This document shows, piece by piece, positions 1 to 4,462 of a stretch of DNA of 4,462 bases. Under the pieces are notes generated by a model that did not search any database, had not been told where the DNA came from, and saw only the letters and a list, made by a program, of their open reading frames with translations. Each line of letters starts with the position of its first letter. Position 1 is the first letter of the stretch. A program made the position numbers and the translations under genes. The stretch lies in IMG/VR virus record IMGVR_UViG_2778261594_000004, positions 1 through 4,462 of that record, one strand, 5' to 3'. The stretch comes from a virus (lineage: Duplodnaviria > Heunggongvirae > Uroviricota > Caudoviricetes).

Positions 1-214
1 CAGCCATACTTACCGCCGCGCCATTTCGCGGATTGCCACAACCGGAAGCGCACGATCGAATTAAATTTAACGACGACATATACAGAGAGACTAACTTCGC
101 CGTGCGCTTTCGTGTTATGCCCTGACTTTTCAGGGATATGTTCTTTCAGTAAACTGTCAGTGCCGGATTCTTATCCGTGTCCGGCGCACGTGCTCTACCT
201 CACCCGTGAATAAA

Positions 215-601
215 TTAATGATTAATTGATATTTTGTTGTTTGATTCAACTTTCCCATCGGATGTGTGATGCTTTAAATCACAGGAGTTAATACTGCTTG
301 CTGTAAAATGATTTTCAAGGGGAGCTATTCGAATCCCTTTCTTTTTCATTAACAAGCCAAATCCTTTATTAATGATGTCCATTAATTCCAGAAAGTATTT
401 TTCATGTAAATCCTGTTTATCAGAGAGCTGCTTCTCTTCGTACAGCCCGATAAAAGCTCGGCGTACGTTACCGGATATATTATCGATGGTTTCTTTTTCT
501 ACGGTACTCAGGTCAAGAGTGGCCAGTTGAGAACGAACTATATTCGCAGCCATTTCCTGGAATGGTAGTGGTAAATCTTTAAATTCCATCGTCAACCTCA
601 T
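215..601 (-). CDS. Hypothetical protein, 124-128 aa, AT-rich accessory gene downstream of cI; function not recognisable
   Basis: Uninterrupted 128-codon ORF in DNA that is only about 25-38% GC in three hand-counted 60-nt stretches (241-420), where stop codons are frequent, so coding is likely. Two in-frame ATG starts: 601..599, which overlaps the TGA stop of the upstream small ORF as TGATG, and 589..587, which has a GAGG Shine-Dalgarno 6 nt upstream. Predicted protein is hydrophilic and K/E-rich with no obvious transmembrane segment. No motif I recognise; not N-like (no Arg-rich N-terminus). Confidence 0.7.
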   Translation of the reverse strand: MRLTMEFKDLPLPFQEMAANIVRSQLATLDLSTVEKETIDNISGNVRRAFIGLYEEKQLSDKQDLHEKYFLELMDIINKGFGLLMKKKGIRIAPLENHFTASSINSCDLKHHTSDGKVESNNKISINH

Positions 602-753
602 CAGTCAGTGTTTCTGGTTAACCAGCGACGCGCGCCAGCTTCAGTTTTAAACGTTTTGCTTCTGGTATACGTCATCGCGGTAAACGTGCCGTCCTGGTTG
701 GGAAACACGCCGCATACCAGAGATTCGTTGTTGCCAAGATTGAGCGTATCCAT
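601..753 (-). CDS. Small hypothetical protein, 50 aa (MDTLNLGNNESLVCGVFPNQDGTFTAMTYTRSKTFKTEAGARRWLTRNTD), first gene of the accessory cassette
   Basis: Hand translation of the minus strand: ATG at 753..751 with GAGG 5 nt upstream, in-frame TAG upstream, TGA stop at 603..601 sharing one base with the ATG of the 128-aa ORF. Missing from the supplied ORF track, apparently because it is short. About 57% GC in a sampled stretch (661-720). Competes with the plus-strand ORF 608..793, which has a GTG start and no SD. Confidence 0.45.
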   Translation of the reverse strand: MDTLNLGNNESLVCGVFPNQDGTFTAMTYTRSKTFKTEAGARRWLTRNTD

Positions 754-928
754 GTTGACCTCATTTACCCTTAACGCCGGGTCGCGGAACTAAAAACCTG
801 CTGCGCTGTTATACAAAGTGTTCCCGCCGTCATGTTCATACGCCTCGGGCTGGCTACTTAACCCCTTGCCACTGCCGGGTAACTCGAAGTATTGCCCTGC
901 ATTCTGTGAAGCGGGGTGGGTTGTAATG

Positions 929-957
929 AATATAAGAATATTTAGTTTTGCCGTCAA
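929..957 (-). promoter_or_regulatory. Putative sigma70 promoter for the accessory cassette, reading leftward
   Basis: Minus-strand -35 TTGACG (957..952), exact 17-nt spacer, -10 TATATT (934..929); predicted start near 922. Overlapped and flanked by two copies of the TGAATATAA-containing repeat element. Confidence 0.5.
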
Positions 958-976
958 GTTGAATATAAATATTTTT

Positions 977-1003
977 AAGGTAAAAGGCCGGCAAAGCCGA
1001 CCT
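977..1003 (-). terminator. Putative rho-independent terminator downstream of cI
   Basis: On the minus-strand RNA, AGGUCGGC-UUU-GCCGGCCU forms an 8-bp GC-rich stem with one G-U pair (1003..985), followed by UUUACCUU. Lies 24 nt after the cI stop. The 3-nt loop and interrupted U-tract make it only moderately convincing. Confidence 0.45.
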
Positions 1004-1026
1004 CTGATTACAGGGCAAAGCGGGAG

Positions 1027-1671
1027 CTAGAGGCTGAACTGAACACCTTTTGCTACAGCAACGATGTTACATTCCGGTGTAAGTAAGGATGATTGATAGC
1101 GTGGGTTAAGGGGGGCTAAGTACACGAGCTTTCCATCAATAACTAATTTTTTTATAGTCATGGATGGTTCGTTTGTGAGTGGATCTGGGACTATTACTGC
1201 GACGATGCTACCATTTTTATATTTTTCGCCAGGCCTCATGATCACTGTGGCTCCAACTGGAATGCTTGGGGACCCTGATGGATTGTGCATAGTATCATCA
1301 GGCATTGAAACGGCAAAATCTCCCTCCTTGACATCAAAGAATGTGGTGATCCTGTCGACATTTCCCATAGTTTTCTCTCCTTTTAATATTAGGAAAGAAA
1401 TCGCTTCTCCCCAAGAAAGGTATGGGATTTGGGTACCTGGATTTTTCTGCACAAGGGATGATTCAGGTGATGATACTCCATACAGGAGATAGGACTCAGT
1501 AGTGCCTAGTGCTAGGGCTAATTTACTAAGAGCTTTGCTACCTGGTTCGTTTAGATCTTTCTCCCAGTATCCTATTGTTACCCCAGTTACGCCAGAAAGC
1601 TTGCCAAGTTCAACTTGGGTCAGACCTTTGTCTTTTCTGAGTTTCTTAAGCCTAATGCCAAGGCTTTCCAT
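1027..1671 (-). CDS. cI: Phage repressor, lambda cI-like (N-terminal XRE-type HTH, C-terminal S24/LexA-like autopeptidase domain)
   Basis: 214-aa ORF with GGGAG SD 6 nt upstream of ATG 1671..1669. The C-terminal 90 aa aligns by eye with lambda cI: AVSM vs GNSM (catalytic Ser), PSIPVGATVIMRPGE vs PSFPDGMLILVDPEQ, TIKKL vs TFKKL (catalytic Lys), LAPLNPRYQ vs LQPLNPQYP, PECNIVAVAKGV vs CNESCSVVGKV. N-terminus has a typical HTH (LTQVELGKLSGVTGVTIGYWEKD). Confidence 0.93.
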   Translation of the reverse strand: MESLGIRLKKLRKDKGLTQVELGKLSGVTGVTIGYWEKDLNEPGSKALSKLALALGTTESYLLYGVSSPESSLVQKNPGTQIPYLSWGEAISFLILKGEKTMGNVDRITTFFDVKEGDFAVSMPDDTMHNPSGSPSIPVGATVIMRPGEKYKNGSIVAVIVPDPLTNEPSMTIKKLVIDGKLVYLAPLNPRYQSSLLTPECNIVAVAKGVQFSL

Positions 1672-1770
1672 TATTTTCTCCCGCGAATTGAATATAAATT
1701 ATTTTAGATTGTATTGACCTAAAAAAAATTACCCTTTAATCTAAAAATACTTAGTTTTAAGGAGGGCGAA
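1672..1770. promoter_or_regulatory. Divergent cI/cro control region (putative PR-like and PRM-like promoters with candidate operator repeats)
   Basis: 99-bp AT-rich spacer between divergent cI and cro starts. Plus-strand -35 TTGACC (1714-1719) with candidate -10 TTTAAT (1735-1740, 15-nt spacer) or TAATCT (1737-1742, 17-nt spacer). Minus-strand TATATT (1696..1691) is a candidate PRM-like -10 with a poor -35. Contains a 9-bp inverted repeat TTTTAGATT (1702-1710) / AATCTAAAA (1738-1746) and one copy of the TTGAATATAAAT element (1688-1699). Exact promoter and operator assignment is uncertain. Confidence 0.7.
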
Positions 1771-1998
1771 ATGCGAGTTGATGAACTTGTCCAGTTTTTT
1801 GGTTCTGTCCAAAGAGTCGCTGATTTTTATGGGGTAACCCGAGAAGCTATATACATGTGGCGTAAGCGTCCCGGCGAAATAGTTCCCAAGGGGAGGGCTG
1901 CTGAAGCAGTTGCATACTCCAAGGGAAAATTATCGTTGAACCCAGAACTTTACAAAAAGAAGGATAACACCTCGAACGAAAGGAAAAATGATTCATGA
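1771..1998 (+). CDS. Cro-like transcriptional regulator (YdaS/Cro family HTH)
   Basis: 75-aa ORF with AAGGAGG SD 5 nt upstream. Divergent from the repressor. The pattern ELxxFFGSxxxVAxxYGVTREAIYMW resembles the YdaS/Cro family as I remember it. Stop overlaps the next gene start (ATGA). Confidence 0.85.
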   Translation: MRVDELVQFFGSVQRVADFYGVTREAIYMWRKRPGEIVPKGRAAEAVAYSKGKLSLNPELYKKKDNTSNERKNDS

Positions 1999-2420
1999 AA
2001 ATCAAACATGAACACATCCGCATGGCGATGAATGCCTGGGCATATCCTGACGGTGAGAAAGTTCCCGCAGCTGAAATAGCCCGGACTTATTTTGAGCTGG
2101 GGATGACGTTCCCGGAACTGTACGACGACAGCCATCCGGAAGCCCTGGCTCGTAATACCCAGAAAATTTTCCGCTGGGTGGAGAAGGACACGTCTGATGC
2201 TGTTGAAAAAATTCAGGCGCTGTTACCGGCGATCGAAAAGGCGATGCCGCCTTTGCTGGTGGCCCGTATGCGCAGTCACAGTTCTGAATATTACCGGGAG
2301 ATCGTCGAACGACGGGATCGGCTGGTGAAAGATGTGGATGATTTTGTCGCTGTAGCGATCGCCTGGGGCACCCTGACTAACAGTGGTGGTCAGCCTGGTA
2401 ATGCAGTTGTTGTGCATTGA
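1995..2420 (+). CDS. CII-like regulator, YdaT-family protein
   Basis: 141-aa ORF beginning MKIKHEHI, translationally coupled to cro-like gene by ATGA overlap at 1995-1998. Position after cro and my recollection of Rac-prophage YdaT (similar length and N-terminus) support the call; family assignment is from memory, not a search. Confidence 0.75.
   Translation: MKIKHEHIRMAMNAWAYPDGEKVPAAEIARTYFELGMTFPELYDDSHPEALARNTQKIFRWVEKDTSDAVEKIQALLPAIEKAMPPLLVARMRSHSSEYYREIVERRDRLVKDVDDFVAVAIAWGTLTNSGGQPGNAVVVH
2255..2262 (+). other. Chi site (5'-GCTGGTGG-3')
   Basis: Exact octamer at 2255-2262 inside the YdaT-like gene. Presence is certain; functional relevance is not. Confidence 0.6.
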
Positions 2421-2488
2421 CCAACAATATTTATACCGGATTTCTTTCGGAAGTTCGTGGGTAAAGTTCGGTATCAGAAGAGGTGAGT

Positions 2489-3520
2489 ATGGCTAATGCC
2501 TGGCTCAGATTGTGGCATGACATGCCAAATGACCCCAAGTGGCGAACGATTGCCAGGGTATCAGGACAGCCAATCGCAACAGTGATGGCAGTGTATATCC
2601 ATCTTCTGGTGAGCGCGTCACGAAATGTCACGACATGTCACGGCGTGTCACTACGTGGTCACATTGATGTCACGACGGAAGATTTAGCAAGTGCGCTTGA
2701 TGTGACGGAAGACGTAATTGATTCAATTTTGCATGCAATGCAGGGGCGGGTTCTGGATGGTGACCTTATTTCCGGATGGGAAAAACGTCAGGTGCTGAAA
2801 GAGGACAATGGTAACGTTTCGCAAACGGCAAAATCCCCGGCAGAGCGCAAGAGAGCGCAGCGGGAGCGGGAAAAGCTGCGGAAACATAATGCTGATTGTC
2901 ACGATGAGTCACGACGTGTCACGCATCTGTCACGACAAGTCACGACAGATAAAGATACAGATACAGAATTAAACCCCACACATAACGCGCGCGAGAGTAT
3001 TCCGACCAGTGAGTCGAATGGTGCGCCGTTGCAGACAGCCGAACCTGAATACCTGGACGGCCTGAGCGAACCGATCGGGAAATTTTCGATGACTACTGTC
3101 TGGCAGCCGTCGCCGGATTTTCGACAACGGGCAGCAGTGTGGGGTATGGCTCTGCCTGAGCCGGAATTTACACCTGCAGAGCTTGCCGCATTCCGGGATT
3201 ACTGGATGGCGGAGGGGAAGGTTTTCACGCAGGTTCAGTGGGAGCAGAAATTTGCCCGCCACGTGCAGCACGTCAGGGCACAGGTAAAACCAGTCAGCAA
3301 GGGGGGAAGTCATGCAGCATCAGGTGGCACGGCATCACGGGCAGTTCAGGAAATCCGGGCAGCACGCGAACAGTGGGAACGTGACAACGGATTTATCAGC
3401 AACGGAAACGGCCTGGAAGCTGTGGGAGCTTATGGGGGAGGTGTATTCGAACCGCTGGACTCAGAAGAACGGGGCCGCACCTTCGAAGCTCTGGATTGCC
3501 CAGATTGGTGCGATGACTGA
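2489..3520 (+). CDS. Phage replication initiator (replisome-organiser-like N-terminal domain, DnaT-like C-terminal region), lambda O functional analogue
   Basis: ORF track starts at GTG 2483; ATG 2489 is more likely (AGAGG 5 nt upstream). N-terminus AWLRLWHDMPNDPKWRTIARV fits the phage replisome-organiser pattern; C-terminal FTPAELAAFRDYWMAEGKVFTQVQWEQKFARHV resembles DnaT-type domains (from memory). Contains iteron arrays internally, as lambda O contains ori. The last ~70 codons (3312-3520) are low-complexity and overlapped by the P-like gene in another frame, so the true 3' end is uncertain. Confidence 0.85.
   Translation: MANAWLRLWHDMPNDPKWRTIARVSGQPIATVMAVYIHLLVSASRNVTTCHGVSLRGHIDVTTEDLASALDVTEDVIDSILHAMQGRVLDGDLISGWEKRQVLKEDNGNVSQTAKSPAERKRAQREREKLRKHNADCHDESRRVTHLSRQVTTDKDTDTELNPTHNARESIPTSESNGAPLQTAEPEYLDGLSEPIGKFSMTTVWQPSPDFRQRAAVWGMALPEPEFTPAELAAFRDYWMAEGKVFTQVQWEQKFARHVQHVRAQVKPVSKGGSHAASGGTASRAVQEIRAAREQWERDNGFISNGNGLEAVGAYGGGVFEPLDSEERGRTFEALDCPDWCDD
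2617..2676 (+). repeat. Iteron array 1: six direct GTCAC(G) repeats at 10-11-bp spacing (putative ori initiator-binding sites)
   Basis: GTCAC units begin at 2617, 2627, 2637, 2647, 2658 and 2669, spaced 10,10,10,11,11 bp, i.e. one helical turn. Core TGTCACG. Confidence 0.6.
2898..2946 (+). repeat. Iteron array 2: five direct GTCACG(A) repeats at 10-11-bp spacing, followed by an AT-rich stretch
   Basis: GTCACG units begin at 2898, 2908, 2918, 2929 and 2939, spaced 10,10,11,10 bp. Immediately followed by 2947-2973 (agataaagatacagatacagaattaaa, about 23% GC), a candidate unwinding element. Confidence 0.6.
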
Positions 3521-3974
3521 ACAGCAAATCCGTCTGGTCTGCCGTCAGTGCATGGACCGCTGCCGGGCGGGTGAAACGTGGCCCCCGGACCTGGCTGAGT
3601 TTGTTGCACTGATTTCGGAGAGTGGGGCAAATCCATTTGGTCTTACGGTGGATGCCGTGATGGAAGAGTACCGGCGCTGGCGCAATGAATCCTGGCGATA
3701 CGACGGGAGTGATAAATACCCGTGGCCACAGCCTGTGCTGTACCACATCTGCCTCGAAATGCGTACCAGAGGGATTGAGCGCCAGATGACGCAGGGTGAG
3801 TTAAAACGACTTGCGGAACGGCAACTGACGAAATGGGCAAAGCATGTTGGTAACGGGATGAGTGTTCCGCCAGTGCGACGACAACTGGAAGGGGCGAAAC
3901 ACCCGCAAGGGCCAACGCCAATTGAACGGCTGAAACAGGAATACGAACGCCGGAAGGCAGCTGGTTTTATTTGA
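3312..3974 (+). CDS. P: Lambda P-like replication protein (putative DnaB helicase loader)
   Basis: Aligns by eye with lambda P: LWIAQIGAMTEQQI vs QWVLAFRENGITTMEQV, PPDLAEFVAL vs PSPGQFVAW, KYPW vs SYPW, MTQGELKRLAERQLTKWAKHVGNGMSVP vs LTDAELRRKAADELVHMTARINRGEAIP. Start is uncertain: ATG 3312 (AGGGGG SD 6 nt upstream, 220 aa, overlaps initiator by 209 nt), ATG 3432, or ATG 3513 (overlaps initiator stop as ATGACTGA, 153 aa). P-like similarity begins upstream of 3513, favouring an earlier start. Confidence 0.8.
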   Translation: MQHQVARHHGQFRKSGQHANSGNVTTDLSATETAWKLWELMGEVYSNRWTQKNGAAPSKLWIAQIGAMTEQQIRLVCRQCMDRCRAGETWPPDLAEFVALISESGANPFGLTVDAVMEEYRRWRNESWRYDGSDKYPWPQPVLYHICLEMRTRGIERQMTQGELKRLAERQLTKWAKHVGNGMSVPPVRRQLEGAKHPQGPTPIERLKQEYERRKAAGFI

Positions 3975-4007
3975 ATCTGAGAAACGATTTTGTCGGAGGA
4001 AATTTTA

Positions 4008-4462
4008 ATGGAAACCGTATTTGACGCACTGAAAGCACTGAAAAAAGCCTCTTCACAGGTAGTGGCGGCCCGCCTTGGAATCAGCCGTGAAGATGCGGTC
4101 AACGAACTGTGGAAACTGAAGCGCCGTGGTGAAGCGGATAACAAGGGGTCGATGTGGTGGCTGACTCAGGCAGGTGAAAGTGAACCAGTGTCACCGGTAC
4201 CGAAAGTGACAGCGCAAATGCTGATTAAGGCGATTGAACAACATGGCCCACAAACGGCAGATGAGCTGGCACTGATGTTCGGGATTACCTCCCGCCGGGC
4301 GAATTCATCGCTGGCCATGGCAATCAGCAAAGGGCGTCTGATTCGCGTGAATCAGGGCGGTAAATTTCGTTACTGCATACCGGGTGCTGATTTACCGGCA
4401 GAGCCGGAAGCTGCATCCGTAGCGGAAACCGATGGTAAAGCCTTTCCTCAGCCAGCAGGTGT
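4008..4462 (+). CDS. Hypothetical protein with two tandem winged-helix-like halves, 3' end outside the window
   Basis: ATG 4008 with GGAGG 8 nt upstream; open to the window end (151 codons). Two internally similar segments (aa ~4-56 and ~68-128), each with a GIS/GIT-R motif typical of small HTH/winged-helix domains. Not in the ORF track because there is no stop in the window. Confidence 0.7.
   Translation, partial: METVFDALKALKKASSQVVAARLGISREDAVNELWKLKRRGEADNKGSMWWLTQAGESEPVSPVPKVTAQMLIKAIEQHGPQTADELALMFGITSRRANSSLAMAISKGRLIRVNQGGKFRYCIPGADLPAEPEAASVAETDGKAFPQPAG

Noticed and set aside
1-79. Minus-strand ORF starting at ATG 79..77 and running off the left edge (MSSLNLIRSCASGCGNPRNGAAVSMA...)
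   Set aside because: No Shine-Dalgarno, only 26 codons visible, peptide not protein-like, and it conflicts with the longer open plus frame. Insufficient evidence.
161-188. Imperfect hairpin (GTGCCGGA...TCCGGCGCAC) as terminator of the 124-aa gene
   Set aside because: Stem needs a 2-nt bulge, loop is about 12 nt, and no U-tract follows on the minus strand. Not a convincing intrinsic terminator.
1-214. tRNA gene or att site at the left edge
   Set aside because: No T-arm GGTTCGAATCC-like motif or cloverleaf-compatible segment seen; no integrase nearby in the window.
215-601. 124-aa protein as an N-type antiterminator (gene left of cI, transcribed leftward)
   Set aside because: No Arg-rich N-terminal RNA-binding motif and no nut-like boxA/boxB recognisable upstream; the position after a terminator and separate promoter fits an accessory cassette better.
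608-793. Plus-strand 61-aa ORF from the track
   Set aside because: GTG start without an SD, antisense to the minus-strand 50-aa ORF that has an SD and a coupled stop/start, and the peptide looks low-complexity and hydrophobic. Treated as a shadow ORF, though the 50-aa call is only moderately confident.
818-1030. Plus-strand 70-aa ORF from the track
   Set aside because: Spans the cassette promoter, the AT-rich repeats and the cI terminator hairpin, and ends inside the cI 3' end; no RBS; peptide not protein-like.
1160-1717. Plus-strand ORFs 1160..1492 and 1502..1717
   Set aside because: Both lie antisense within the confidently identified cI-like gene; the second also runs through the control region. 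Shadow ORFs.
2617-2946. GTCACG repeat arrays as a CRISPR array or generic tandem repeat
   Set aside because: Repeat unit is only 6-7 bp at 10-11-bp period with no spacer structure, and sits inside a replication initiator gene. Iterons are the better explanation.
1950-3313. Minus-strand ORFs 1950..2135, 2223..2417, 2431..2631 and 2969..3313
   Set aside because: Antisense to the cro-like, CII-like and initiator genes, which have clear homology, RBSs and coupling; peptides are Cys/Arg/His-rich, typical of GC-rich shadow frames.
3396-4144. Minus-strand ORFs 3396..3746, 3430..3636, 3643..3921 and 3545..4144 (up to 199 aa)
   Set aside because: All antisense to the P-like gene and the downstream winged-helix gene; Ser/Arg/Pro-rich low-complexity translations; no RBS seen. 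Length reflects GC-rich sequence, not coding.

Overview
This window reads as the immunity and replication module of a lambdoid-type prophage from an enterobacterial host. On the minus strand there is a cI-like repressor (HTH plus LexA/S24-type peptidase domain). Divergent from it on the plus strand are a Cro-like gene, a CII-like (YdaT-type) gene, a replication initiator carrying two arrays of 10-11-bp-phased GTCACG iterons inside its own coding sequence, a lambda P-like helicase loader, and the 5' part of a gene with two tandem winged-helix-like halves. The most interesting locus lies downstream of cI on the minus strand: a transcription terminator, then a near-consensus sigma70 promoter, then a 50-aa ORF whose stop overlaps (TGATG) the start of an AT-rich 124-128-aa ORF that I cannot assign to any family. 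This promoter-plus-two-gene cassette sits where lambda carries rexAB and is my best candidate for an undescribed lysogen-expressed module (exclusion/defense or toxin-antitoxin-like). All homology statements come from reading the translations against remembered protein sequences; no database search, HMM scan or structure prediction was run, and GC figures are hand counts of sampled 60-nt stretches.
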